Shown here piece after piece: positions 51,019 to 60,785 of a stretch of DNA of 64,000 nucleotides (the first letter of the stretch is position 1; each line of letters opens with the position of its first letter). This DNA comes from Planctomycetota bacterium. GTDB lineage: Bacteria; Planctomycetota; PLA2; JAEUHO01. The notes beneath the pieces are model-generated. The model did not search any database and was not told where the DNA came from. It was given only the letters and a program-made list of their open reading frames with translations. The position numbers and the translations under genes are program-made. The stretch spans positions 128,001-192,000 of the forward strand of contig CBDCWP010000021.1 in assembly GCA_965223505.1 (NCBI GenBank), written 5' to 3'.

Positions 51019-51396
51019 CTAGGTCTCATGGATCGACGGGACCACGAAAAACACTGGGCCGAAGAACTGCGCCATGGCGATCAAGGGCACCAAGATCCGG
51101 AACGACCACCGCTTCGTCTTGTGATGGAACCGGCGCATGGCGATGTAAGCGCCGATGGCGCCGCCGAAGACGACGTAAAACCAGAGCGTCGCCTCGGCGA
51201 TGCGCCGCTGTCCGCGCTGCGCCCGCGCCTTGTCACTCCGAAACAGCGCGAATGCGAAATACGACATCAAGACCCCCAGCATCCAGAGGAAGACCAACAT
51301 GTTCTCGGGCGCATGCCAGTGCTTCGGCACGGTCAAGCAGAAGATCCCGATGACGGCGGCGGAGCCGAGGATGTACTTGGCGTCGTGGCGGTTCAC
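51019..51396 (-). CDS. DUF1294-family membrane protein
   Basis: DKARAQRGQRRIAEATL...GGAIGA..AMRRFHHKTK..SF. GTG start inferred. Confidence 0.85.
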   Translation of the reverse strand: MNRHDAKYILGSAAVIGIFCLTVPKHWHAPENMLVFLWMLGVLMSYFAFALFRSDKARAQRGQRRIAEATLWFYVVFGGAIGAYIAMRRFHHKTKRWSFRILVPLIAMAQFFGPVFFVVPSIHET

Positions 51397-51431
51397 GCGC
51401 ACATCTTGCCGGAGCGGCCGGATCACGCGCC

Positions 51432-51437
51432 TAGAAT
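51432..51437 (+). promoter_or_regulatory. -10 box, probable leaderless promoter of the aor-fdh-tup unit
   Basis: TAGAAT 6 nt before ATG 51444; no SD sequence. Confidence 0.5.
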
Positions 51438-51443
51438 GCGTAC

Positions 51444-53255
51444 ATGCCCCCCGGTGGATACCACGGCCGCTACGGTCACTTCGACCTGGAGCGAACCGAG
51501 GGGGCGCTGCGTCCGCTCTCCGACGACGTGCTGCGGCGCTTCCTCGGCGGATCGGGTCTGGGGGCATGGCTCCTCATGCAAGAGAGCGCAGGCGGCTACG
51601 ACCCGTTGGGGCCCGAAGCGCCGATCGTCATCGCGCTCTCGCCGCTGGTCGGTTCGCCGCTCACGACCAGCGCGAAGTTCGCCGTGGTCACGAAGTCGCC
51701 GCTGACGGAGCGCATCAACGACGCGCTCTCGAGCGACCGTTTCGCCATCGAGCTGAAGCGCGCCGGCATGGACGCATTGGTCGTCACCGGCTGGTGCGAC
51801 GACTGGTCGGTACTGGTCGTGGACGACGGCGCGATGCGCCTGGAGCCGGCGGACGACCTCGTCGGTCTGTCGTCGCTCGAGGCCGAGGAACGCCTGCGCA
51901 AGAAACACGGCGCGACGTTTCGCTTCTTCGGCATCGGCCCCGCGGGCGAAAACGGCGTGCGCTACGCGTCGGCGTCGGGCGACAGCCGGCACGCCGGCCG
52001 CGGCGGCACCGGCGCCGTCTTCGGATCGAAGCGGCTCAAGGGCGTCCTCGTGCGCGGGACGACGCCATGCGAGGTGGACGACCGTGAAGCGGTGCTCGCG
52101 CTGGCCAAGGAGCTGTCGGCGAAGTCGCTGGGCGCCGGGACCGCGAAGTACCGCGAGCTCGGGACGGTCGCGAACGTCCTCGTGATGAACCGGCTCGGGG
52201 CGCTGCCGACCCGCAACTTCAAGGAGGCCACGTTCGAAGGCGCCGAGCAGATCTCCGGCGAGGCGTTTCACACGACGCCCGACAAGATGCGCAAGCACTG
52301 CGCCGCGTGCACGATCGGCTGCGAGCACGTGTTCGCGTCCCGGAGCGGCCGGCAGGTGCGCCTGGAATACGAAGGCATCTTCGCGCTCGGCCCGCTGTGC
52401 GGCATCGACGACCGGGACGTGATCCTCGAAGCGGCGGCACGCTGCGACGACCTCGGGCTCGACGTCATCTCCGCCGGTGGCACGATCGCCTTCGCCATGG
52501 AGTGCAGGGAGAAGGGCCTGCTCGAGAACGCACCGTCCTTCGGCGACGGGGACGGATTGCTGTCGTTGCTGGACGACATCGCGCACCGGCGCGGACTGGG
52601 CGACCTGCTCGCGGAGGGCTCGCGGCGCGCGGCGCTGATCGTCGGCGGCGGCGCCGAGCACTTCGCGTGTCACGTCAAGGGACTCGAGCTGCCGGGGTAC
52701 GAACCGCGCGCGCTGCAGGCGATGGGACTCGGTCTCGCCGTGGGTGCGCGCGGCGCGGATCACAACCGCTCGGGCGCCTACGAGGAGGACTTCCGCTCGG
52801 GCGCGGACCGCTTCGTGGCCGACGACGCCAAGGGCCCTGCGGCGGCGAACAGCGAGACGCGGGCGGCGATCCTGGACAGCCTGATCCTGTGCAAGTTCCT
52901 GCGCGGCGTGTTCGAGGACCTCGAGGCGGAGAGCGCGCGGATGCTGTCCGCGATCACCGGCTGGGACGTCACGGCCGCCCCGTTGCATCGAACAGGCGAA
53001 CGGATCGTGACGCTGAAGAAGCTCTTCAATCTGCGCGAGGGCTGGGAGCGGTCGGAAGACACCCTCCCACAACGGTTTCTGAGCGAAGCCCTGGACGGCG
53101 GCGCTTCGTCCGGGGCCGCGTTGAGCCCCCACGACCTCGACCGTATGATCGTAAGCTACTACCGCGCGCGCGGTTGGACCGACGACGGCCGGGTTCCCGC
53201 AGAGCGGATCGAGAGCCTCGGGCTGAGTGACGTCCAGCCGGCGCCGAAGAGGTAG
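51444..53255 (+). CDS. aor: Aldehyde:ferredoxin oxidoreductase (AOR/WOR family, tungsten)
   Basis: KSPLT, IGPAGE, GRGGTGAVFGSK.LK, CAACTIGC, EYE, DDLGLD, KGLELPGYEPR, RGADH, LILCKF. Confidence 0.93.
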   Translation: MPPGGYHGRYGHFDLERTEGALRPLSDDVLRRFLGGSGLGAWLLMQESAGGYDPLGPEAPIVIALSPLVGSPLTTSAKFAVVTKSPLTERINDALSSDRFAIELKRAGMDALVVTGWCDDWSVLVVDDGAMRLEPADDLVGLSSLEAEERLRKKHGATFRFFGIGPAGENGVRYASASGDSRHAGRGGTGAVFGSKRLKGVLVRGTTPCEVDDREAVLALAKELSAKSLGAGTAKYRELGTVANVLVMNRLGALPTRNFKEATFEGAEQISGEAFHTTPDKMRKHCAACTIGCEHVFASRSGRQVRLEYEGIFALGPLCGIDDRDVILEAAARCDDLGLDVISAGGTIAFAMECREKGLLENAPSFGDGDGLLSLLDDIAHRRGLGDLLAEGSRRAALIVGGGAEHFACHVKGLELPGYEPRALQAMGLGLAVGARGADHNRSGAYEEDFRSGADRFVADDAKGPAAANSETRAAILDSLILCKFLRGVFEDLEAESARMLSAITGWDVTAAPLHRTGERIVTLKKLFNLREGWERSEDTLPQRFLSEALDGGASSGAALSPHDLDRMIVSYYRARGWTDDGRVPAERIESLGLSDVQPAPKR

Positions 53256-53272
53256 CGGAGGTCGAGCCCGAC

Positions 53273-56107
53273 ATGAACTCGCCGTTGACCGCGGACACGG
53301 AAGCCACCGAAGCGCCGGCCAAGACCGTCACGCTGGAGATCGACGGACAAGAGGTCACCGTCCCCGAAGGCACCACCGTCTGGCAGGCCGCCAAGGACAT
53401 GGGCATCGACATTCCGGTGCTTTGCCACGATCCCAAGCTCGATCCCGTCGGCGTGTGCCGCATGTGCGTCGTCGAGGTCGAAGGTGCGCGCACCCTGGTC
53501 GCGTCGTGCGTGCGCGACTGCGAAGACGGCTTGAAGGTCAAGACGGGCTCCGAGACCGTCGTGCGCAACCGCAAGGTGCTCACCGATCTGTTGATGGCGG
53601 ATCAGGACGCGACCAGCCGCCGCGACGAGAAGACCAACGACGACGAGCTGTTCAGCCTCGCCCGCGAGTTCCAGGTCGACGGCTCGCGTTGGCCCCGCGG
53701 CAACGGCCGTCCCGACGACGACTCGTCGCCCGTCATCTCGGTGGATCACCAGGCCTGCATCCTTTGCGACCGCTGCATTCGCGCCTGTGACGACATCCAA
53801 TTCAACATGGTCATCGGCCGCACCGGCAAGGGCTATGCGACGCGCATCGGCTTCGACCTGAACAACCCGATGGGCGACTCGACCTGCGTGGAGTGCGGCG
53901 AGTGCGCATCGGCGTGTCCGACCGGGGCGCTCACCAACAAGCCGATCACCGTGCCGATTCGGCCGCCCGAGACGCTCGAGAAGGTCGACTCCGTCTGCCC
54001 CTATTGCGGCGTCGGCTGCGCGCTGACGTTCATGGTCGACAGAGAAGAGAACAAGGTCGTCTACGCCGAGGGCCGTGACCCGAGCGCCAACGAGGGGCGG
54101 CTGTGCGTCAAGGGCCGTTACGGCTTCGACTACGCGACGCACAAGCACCGGCTGACCAAGCCCCTGATCCGCAAGGAGAGCTCGTACCCGAAGGGGCCGC
54201 TCAGCGCGAACATGCAGCGCCGGGACGACGGCACGCGCGGCGAGAGCGTGTATCCCGACTACGACGAGGCGCTGAACCACTTCCGGGAAGCGACGTGGGA
54301 CGAGGCCCTCGATCTCGTGGCAAGCAAGCTCAAGTCGATTCGCGACGAACACGGCCCGCAGGCGCTCGCCGGCTTCGGCAGCGCGAAGTGCTCGAATGAA
54401 GAGGCGTATCTCTTCCAGAAGATGATCCGCGCGGTGTTCGGCACGAACAACGTGGACCACTGCACGCGGCTTTGCCACGCGTCCAGCGTGGCCGCGCTGC
54501 TCGAGACGATCGGCTCGGGCGCGGTCACGACCGTGTACGGCGACATCGAGAACTCCGACGTCGCGCTCGTGACGGGCACGAACACGACCAGCAACCACCC
54601 CGTCGCAGCGACCTTCTTCAAGGAGGCCGCGAAGAACGGCACGAAGCTCATCATCGTGAACCCGCACCGGCCCGAGCTGGCCGATCACGGCGAGTACGTT
54701 CGCATCCGGCCTGGCAGCGACGTCTCCTTCTACAACGCCATCATGAACGTCATCCTCGAGGAGGGCCTCGAGGACCGCGCGTACATCGAGAAGTTCACGG
54801 AGAACTTCGATGCGCTCAAGGAGGTCGTTGCGCGCTACACGCCCGAGGTCGCGGCGCCCATCTGCGGCATCTCGGCCGACGAGATCCGCGACCTGGCGCG
54901 CACCATCGGCAACGCGAAGGCGATGATCATCTTCTGGGGCATGGGCATCTCGCAGCACGTGCACGGCACCGACAACGCGCGCAGCCTCATCTCGCTGTGC
55001 CTGATGACGGGCAACGTCGGCCGCCCGGGTACGGGCCTGCATCCGCTGCGCGGCCAGAACAACGTCCAGGGCGCCAGCGACGCGGGCTTGATCCCGATGG
55101 TCTACCCCGACTACGTGCCGGTCAACGACCCCGACGCGCAGAAGCGCTACGAGGAAGCCTGGGGCGTCTCGCTCGATCCGAATCCCGGCAAGACGGTGGT
55201 CGAGATCGCGCACGCCGCGGTCGAGGGTGAGCTCAAGGGCATGTACATCATGGGCGAGAACCCGTTCATGTCCGACCCGAACGTGAAGCACGCCCGCGAG
55301 GGGTTCATGAACCTCGACTTCCTCGTCGTCCAGGACATCTTCCTGACCGAGACCGCCGAGGTCGCCGACGTCGTGCTGCCCGCGACGAGCTACTTCGAGA
55401 AGACGGGCACCTACACGAACACGGACCGGCGCGTGCAGATCGGCGCGACGACGCTCGAGCCGCCCGGTGAAGCCCGGCTGGACTGGGAGATCCTGTGCGA
55501 GGTCATGACGCGCATGGGCTACGAGCAGTCGTACGACGACATCGAGGACGTCTTCGTCGAGTTCAGCGAGATGACGGAGAGCTACAAAGGCCTGCGCTAC
55601 CGCCACCTGGGCGGCCCGGGCAAGCTCTGGCCGTGCGCCGATCCCGACAACTCCGACGGCGAGGTCGTGCTGTTCGGTGACGGCTTCCCGACGCCGTCGG
55701 GCCGCGGCAAGTTCTCGCCCGCCGAGGTCATCCCGCCGGCCGAGCTTCCCGACGAGGAGTACCCGTTCGTCCTGAACACGGGGCGGACGCTGCAGCACTG
55801 GCACGGCGGCTCGATGACGCGTCGCGCAAAGGTGCTCGACCAAATCAACCCCGAGGCGTTCTGCGAAATCCACCCCGACGACATGGCGTCGCTCGGGCTC
55901 GAGGACGGCGGCATGGTGCGCTTGAGCACGCGCCGCAACTCCATTCGCGTGAAGGCCGTCGCGAGCACGAAGACCTCGAAGGGCAGCGTGTTCATGCCGT
56001 TCCACTACCGCGAGGCGGCGGCGAACCTGCTGACGACCGACACGCTCGACCCGATCGGCAAGATCCCATCCTTCAAGTTCGCAGCGCTCAAGGTCGAGAA
56101 GGCGTGA
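53273..56107 (+). CDS. fdhF: Formate dehydrogenase alpha subunit (FdhF/FdsA-type, Cys ligand, cytoplasmic)
   Basis: 2Fe-2S (IPVLCH..CRMC..C), two 4Fe-4S (CILCDRC, CVECGEC), CPYCGVGC, CTRLCH, LRGQNNVQG; no Tat signal. Confidence 0.93.
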   Translation: MNSPLTADTEATEAPAKTVTLEIDGQEVTVPEGTTVWQAAKDMGIDIPVLCHDPKLDPVGVCRMCVVEVEGARTLVASCVRDCEDGLKVKTGSETVVRNRKVLTDLLMADQDATSRRDEKTNDDELFSLAREFQVDGSRWPRGNGRPDDDSSPVISVDHQACILCDRCIRACDDIQFNMVIGRTGKGYATRIGFDLNNPMGDSTCVECGECASACPTGALTNKPITVPIRPPETLEKVDSVCPYCGVGCALTFMVDREENKVVYAEGRDPSANEGRLCVKGRYGFDYATHKHRLTKPLIRKESSYPKGPLSANMQRRDDGTRGESVYPDYDEALNHFREATWDEALDLVASKLKSIRDEHGPQALAGFGSAKCSNEEAYLFQKMIRAVFGTNNVDHCTRLCHASSVAALLETIGSGAVTTVYGDIENSDVALVTGTNTTSNHPVAATFFKEAAKNGTKLIIVNPHRPELADHGEYVRIRPGSDVSFYNAIMNVILEEGLEDRAYIEKFTENFDALKEVVARYTPEVAAPICGISADEIRDLARTIGNAKAMIIFWGMGISQHVHGTDNARSLISLCLMTGNVGRPGTGLHPLRGQNNVQGASDAGLIPMVYPDYVPVNDPDAQKRYEEAWGVSLDPNPGKTVVEIAHAAVEGELKGMYIMGENPFMSDPNVKHAREGFMNLDFLVVQDIFLTETAEVADVVLPATSYFEKTGTYTNTDRRVQIGATTLEPPGEARLDWEILCEVMTRMGYEQSYDDIEDVFVEFSEMTESYKGLRYRHLGGPGKLWPCADPDNSDGEVVLFGDGFPTPSGRGKFSPAEVIPPAELPDEEYPFVLNTGRTLQHWHGGSMTRRAKVLDQINPEAFCEIHPDDMASLGLEDGGMVRLSTRRNSIRVKAVASTKTSKGSVFMPFHYREAAANLLTTDTLDPIGKIPSFKFAALKVEKA

Positions 56108-56916
56108 GCCGTAGCCTCGCGCTGCTCCTGGCGCTCGCGGTCTCTCTGGGCGCTTGCGGGGACGGCGCGAAGCGCGTCCGCCTCGTCACGACGACGTCGA
56201 CGCACAACTCGGGTCTCCTCGAGCACTTGCTCGCCGAATTCACACCGCAGACCGGCATCGAGGTCGATGTCCTGGCCGTGGGAACGGGCAAGGCGCTCGC
56301 GCAAGGGCGGCGCGGCGACGCGGACCTGCTGCTCGTACACGCGCGCGAGCTCGAAGACGCGTTCCTCGCCGAGGGCCATGCGATCGAGCGGCGCGATGTG
56401 ATGTGGAACGACTTCGTAATCGTCGGGCCGCCGTCCGACCCGGCGGGCATTCGCGGCATGAAGGAACCGGCGGCGGCGCTCGCGAAGATCGCGAAGACGG
56501 GGGCGCGCTTCGCGAGCCGTGGGGACCGGTCGGGCACCCACATGCGAGAGCTCGCGCTCTGGAAGGCGTCCGGTGTCGATCGCACGTCCAACGGCGGTTA
56601 CGTGGAGGCGCGGCTCGGCATGGGCGGCTCGTTGATCTACGCGGACGAGAAGCGCGCGTACCTGCTCGCCGACCGCGGCACGTACCTCTCGCACATGAAG
56701 CGCCTCGATCTCGAGCTCGACATTCTCGTAGAGGGCCACGCCTCACTTCGCAATCCCTACGGCGCGCTGTTGATCGACCCAGTGCGACACCCGGTCGGCA
56801 ATGCGGAGGGCGCCCGCAAGCTGTTCGACTGGTTGACCTCGCCGGCCGGTCAGGCGCGAATCGCTTCGTTCCAGGTTGACGGCAATCCGCTCTTCCATCC
56901 CAATGCCGCCAAGTAG
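56104..56916 (+). CDS. tupA: Tungstate ABC transporter binding lipoprotein
   Basis: LGAC lipobox; TTTS signature, SGLL, VGTG.AL, VH, SRGD.SGTH, DRGT, NPY. Confidence 0.92.
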   Translation: MSRSLALLLALAVSLGACGDGAKRVRLVTTTSTHNSGLLEHLLAEFTPQTGIEVDVLAVGTGKALAQGRRGDADLLLVHARELEDAFLAEGHAIERRDVMWNDFVIVGPPSDPAGIRGMKEPAAALAKIAKTGARFASRGDRSGTHMRELALWKASGVDRTSNGGYVEARLGMGGSLIYADEKRAYLLADRGTYLSHMKRLDLELDILVEGHASLRNPYGALLIDPVRHPVGNAEGARKLFDWLTSPAGQARIASFQVDGNPLFHPNAAK

Positions 56917-56942
56917 CTCGTGATCAAAATAGGAGATCGACC

Positions 56943-57638
56943 GTGGAGTTCCTCTGGGAGGGATTCAAGACCGCCGTCCATCTCATCCTGAGCGGCGACG
57001 CGGAAACGTGGCACGCCGCGTGGGTGACGATCTTCTGCTCGTTCATCGCGGTCGCGCTGGCTGCTCCGCTCGCGGTCACGTACGGCGGCTGGCTGGCCGT
57101 CTATCGCCCGCGCGGGCACCGCCTGCAGGTGTTGCTGCTGCGCATCGGCATGTTCGTGCCCACGATCTTCATCGGGACGATGGTCTGGGGCTTCCTCTCG
57201 CGGCGGGGCCCGCTGGGCGAGCTCGACATGCTCTACACGAAGGGCGCGATCATCGCCGGCGAGTTCCTGCTCGTCTTCCCCATCCTGGGCGCACTGACGC
57301 ACAGCGCCCTCGAAGCGCCCGACCGGCGACCGTTCGAGACGGCGCGTACGCTGGGCGCCGGACCGGTGCGCACCTTGTTGACGCTGTTGGGTGAAGTACG
57401 CGGTGTCATCGTGGGCGCGATGCTCATGGCCTGTGCCCGCTGCTTCTCCGAGCTGGGCATCTCCGTCACGGTCGGCGGGAACCTGCAGTGGCAAACCAGC
57501 ACCTTGAGCGGCGGTGCCCAGCTCATGGTGCGCCAGGGGGAGTTCGGCGAAGCGCTCGCGTTGGGGTTCATCCTTCTGTTCTTCGCCGGCATCGTCGCCG
57601 TGCTCGCGCCGTTGGTTTCGAAGGAGAGCAAGGCGTGA
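56943..57638 (+). CDS. tupB: Tungstate ABC transporter permease
   Basis: LSRRGPLG, ETARTLGA (EAA loop), FSELG...VGGN. Confidence 0.88.
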   Translation: MEFLWEGFKTAVHLILSGDAETWHAAWVTIFCSFIAVALAAPLAVTYGGWLAVYRPRGHRLQVLLLRIGMFVPTIFIGTMVWGFLSRRGPLGELDMLYTKGAIIAGEFLLVFPILGALTHSALEAPDRRPFETARTLGAGPVRTLLTLLGEVRGVIVGAMLMACARCFSELGISVTVGGNLQWQTSTLSGGAQLMVRQGEFGEALALGFILLFFAGIVAVLAPLVSKESKA

Positions 57639-58219
57639 TGCGCATGCGGAACATCCGCGTCGTGTTCGGCGACGTCGTCGGCCTGTGGTTGGACGAGCTC
57701 GACATCGAATCCGGCGAACGACTCGGCGTCACGGGCCCGAACGGCTGCGGCAAGTCGACGCTGATGCGGGTGCTCGCGGGTCTGCAGGCGGTCACGTCGG
57801 GAACGGTGCAGGGGCTGCCGGCGCCCGGCCGCATCACGCTCGTGCATCAGCGCCCCTACTTCTTCCGCGGCACCGCGCGAGACAACGTCGTCTACGCGTT
57901 GAAGACGGCAGGGAAGCCAACGTCGGAGGCGGACGCGTGGCTGGAACGGCTCGGCGCCGCCGAGCTCGCCGATCGAACGGCGGGCGTGCTCTCGGGCGGC
58001 GAGCGCCGCCGCGTCGCGGTCGCGCGCGCGCTGGCGATCCGGCCGGAGATCCTGCTGCTCGACGAGCCGTTCGCCGCGCTCGACGACGAGGGCCTCGCGA
58101 CGATGAACGCCGCGATCGGAGCGTTCGAAGGCACGCTGGTGGTCACGGCGCCGGACCTGAAAGACGCGCCGGTCGCGCGGACGGTCGAGCTTCGTCCCGC
58201 CGAACGTCGAAACGGATAG
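57638..58219 (+). CDS. tupC: Tungstate ABC transporter ATPase
   Basis: GPNGCGKST, LSGGE, LLLDEP; TGATG overlap with tupB. Confidence 0.85.
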   Translation: MRMRNIRVVFGDVVGLWLDELDIESGERLGVTGPNGCGKSTLMRVLAGLQAVTSGTVQGLPAPGRITLVHQRPYFFRGTARDNVVYALKTAGKPTSEADAWLERLGAAELADRTAGVLSGGERRRVAVARALAIRPEILLLDEPFAALDDEGLATMNAAIGAFEGTLVVTAPDLKDAPVARTVELRPAERRNG

Positions 58220-58225
58220 ACTGGG

Positions 58226-59482
58226 ATGGTGAGGTGCGCGCGACCCGTCCTGCTTCTGTTCGCGACGTCGCTGCTTTGTGTCGCGCCCGCGGCCGCGGAC
58301 AGCAAGAAGAAGCCGCAGGGCGCCGACCGCGAGGCCGAGCGGTATCCGCCGAGCTTTCGGTTGGCCGTCGAGGAGGCGATCCAGTACGGCGTCGCGGTCA
58401 TCAAGAAGGCACAGAAGAAGGACACGGGGACGTGGGGCAGCCCCGACGCACCCGAAGCCATGGGCCGCACGGCGCTCCCGTTGCTCGCGCTGCTGAAGGC
58501 CGGCGTCCCCGTCGACGACCCGCACGTGGTGCGCGCGCTCGAGGCGCTCTCGAAGATGAAGTTCGAGCGCACGTACAGCACGGCCTGCTACCTGATGGCG
58601 ATCCAGGCGATCTACCAGCCCAAGCTCGACATGTGGGACACGGACGTGGGCGCCTTGCGTTCGAAGCGCCTGAAGCCCAAGGAGGTCTACGCCAGGCTCA
58701 CCCCCGAGCACCGTGAGGCCGTCGAGAAGGGCGTCGCGCACCTCACCGCTGCGCAAAACTCCATCGGGCTCTGGACCTACGTCGACGAGCGGGTCAAGAC
58801 GCCGGTCAAGTACGACCTGTCGAACACGCAGTACGGCCTCCTGGGGCTCCGTGCGGCGGCCGACTGCGGGGTCAAGGTCAAGCCGCTGGTCTGGAAGGCC
58901 GCGTTGCGCGGACTGTTCCTGAATCAGGACGCGAAGGGCGAGAAGGTCACGCTCACGAACGACGTCGAGAAGGACGGGTACGTCTTCCGCACGAAGGACG
59001 TCGCGGAGACCCGGCCCTTCCGCTACACGCACGCGAAGAAGCACGGGCCGGCCGGCGAGAACACGGTGCCGACGATGCCCGCGACGGGATCGATGACGAC
59101 CGCCGGGGTCTGCTCGGTCGCGATCTGCATGGAAGGGATGTGGCGCAGCCGCAAGTTCAGCGGCACGGAGCGCAAGAAGGCCAACGACGCGATCCGCGAC
59201 GGACTGGCGTGGCTGCAGCAGAACTTCACGGTCGAGAAGAACCCCGGCCACCCGAACATGCGGCATCACTTCTACTACCTGTACGGACTGGAGCGCATGG
59301 GCATGCTCACGGACCGGCGCTGGATCGGGTCGCACGACTGGTACAAGGAAGGCGCCGACCTGCTGCTGGCGCGCCAGCGGGAGCCCTTCGGCGGCTGGGC
59401 CGGCGGCGCCGTGCAGAACGCGTTCGCGGTGCTGTTCCTGAAGCGCGCGACGGCCCGGTCGATCGCCGTCAGTGGCGATTAG
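58226..59482 (+). CDS. Exported prenyltransferase/squalene-cyclase-like repeat protein
   Basis: Signal peptide; L.AAQN..G.W.Y, DLSNTQYGLLGL, SMTTAG, YYLYGLER.G, DWY.EGA..L...Q...G.W. Confidence 0.8.
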   Translation: MVRCARPVLLLFATSLLCVAPAAADSKKKPQGADREAERYPPSFRLAVEEAIQYGVAVIKKAQKKDTGTWGSPDAPEAMGRTALPLLALLKAGVPVDDPHVVRALEALSKMKFERTYSTACYLMAIQAIYQPKLDMWDTDVGALRSKRLKPKEVYARLTPEHREAVEKGVAHLTAAQNSIGLWTYVDERVKTPVKYDLSNTQYGLLGLRAAADCGVKVKPLVWKAALRGLFLNQDAKGEKVTLTNDVEKDGYVFRTKDVAETRPFRYTHAKKHGPAGENTVPTMPATGSMTTAGVCSVAICMEGMWRSRKFSGTERKKANDAIRDGLAWLQQNFTVEKNPGHPNMRHHFYYLYGLERMGMLTDRRWIGSHDWYKEGADLLLARQREPFGGWAGGAVQNAFAVLFLKRATARSIAVSGD

Positions 59483-60444
59483 AGCGTTTCGCGCACGATC
59501 TCCGCGACGGCGTCGACGGCGGGGCGGCCCGCGTTGATGCAATCGATGCGGGTGTAGCCCTTGCCGCCGGCTGCTTCGAACGTCTCGCGCAGCTCGCGTC
59601 CGATCTCGTCGATCGTCTCCAGACAGTCGGCGACGAACGACGGCGTGATCACGCTCATCGAGGTCACCCCCTCGCCCGGCAGCTTTGCAACCGACGCGTC
59701 GGCGTAGGGCGTCAGCCACTCCTCGCGGCCGAAGCGACTTTGATAGACCACGCGCCACACGTCGTCATCGAGGTCGAGCGCGCTCGCAAGGGCGTCGGCG
59801 GTGCGCCGGCATTCGTCCGGGTAGGGATCGCCCTCCGCCGCGTAGCGCTTCGGAATGCCGTGAAAGGACATCAACAGGGGGGCGTCCTTCGTCGCCACGA
59901 CGCCCGCGTCGACGACCGTCTTCCGGAGCGCCTCGATGTAGGCGGGATGGTCGGGGAAGGATCGAACGAAGCGGAGGGAGGGCAGGTCCTTCCGGGTCGT
60001 CGCCCACTTCGCGACGGCGTCGAACGCGGACGCGGTCGTGGCGCTCGAGAACTGCGGGAACAACGGCAGCACGACGACGTCGCGGCAGCCCGCGCGCACG
60101 AGCTCGTCCAGCGCACCACCGAGCGGCGGGTTGCCGACGATCATCCCGTACCGGACGAGGTAGTCGTCGCCAAGCGCCGCGGCGACACCGTCCGCCAGCT
60201 GCTTGGTGTGCACCAGCAGCGGCGAGCCCTGTTCGGTCCACACGCGCTTGTAGAGCGCGGCCGACTTCCGCGGCCGCGTGCGAAGGATGACGCCGTGCAG
60301 CAACGGCTTCCACAGCCAAGGGTTTACGTCGACGACGCGCGGATCGCTCAGGAACTTCCGCAGGTACCTGCGCAACGCAGGGGTGGTCGGCGCGTCGGGC
60401 GTGCCGAGCTGGATGAGCAGAACGCCGGTAGGTGCGGTCGCCAT
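59479..60444 (-). CDS. hemH: Ferrochelatase
   Basis: GVLLIQLGTP, FLSDPRV, SPL, PLFPQFS, SFHGIP, YQSRFG..EWL.P, FVADCLET..EI. Confidence 0.95.
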   Translation of the reverse strand: MATAPTGVLLIQLGTPDAPTTPALRRYLRKFLSDPRVVDVNPWLWKPLLHGVILRTRPRKSAALYKRVWTEQGSPLLVHTKQLADGVAAALGDDYLVRYGMIVGNPPLGGALDELVRAGCRDVVVLPLFPQFSSATTASAFDAVAKWATTRKDLPSLRFVRSFPDHPAYIEALRKTVVDAGVVATKDAPLLMSFHGIPKRYAAEGDPYPDECRRTADALASALDLDDDVWRVVYQSRFGREEWLTPYADASVAKLPGEGVTSMSVITPSFVADCLETIDEIGRELRETFEAAGGKGYTRIDCINAGRPAVDAVAEIVRETL

Positions 60445-60523
60445 GGCCGGCCATGCTGCCTTGATTCCGCCCGGTCGGCGCAGCCTTGCCCGACTGAGGC
60501 CGCTACTCGTTCGGGTTCCGCCG

Positions 60524-60680
60524 TCAGCGGGTCGGGTCTGCGGCGGGCGGGGTCGAGCCCCGCCGCGACAGCACTGTATCGCCGGCGGATCGCTGGTCGT
60601 TCAGTGCATGGACGAGAATCGTCTGCGCGACGGGATCGTCTTCGACAATGAGAATACGTATGGGGATATCGTGAATCGGG
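60524..60680 (-). pseudogene. Possible remnant of a response-regulator receiver domain
   Basis: IRILIVEDDPVAQTILVHAL (beta1-alpha1 of REC) followed by unrelated sequence and a stop. Confidence 0.35.
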
Positions 60681-60785
60681 GGGTTCAGTTGATCTGCTCC
60701 GTTCCCACCATCGGCCGAGAAACCACGGGCCACACCCCTCCCGCGGCTCACCCCAACATCTCGGAAACGTCGCTGGAATCGGGCC

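Noticed and set aside
54460..54480. Possible selenocysteine in formate dehydrogenase
   Set aside because: The ligand codon is TGC (Cys) in CTRLCH; there is no in-frame TGA.
53159..56005. 948-aa minus-strand ORF, and similar long ORFs at 8183..10141, 43418..45574 and 57233..59758
   Set aside because: Antisense shadows of fdhF, ettA and other well-supported genes.
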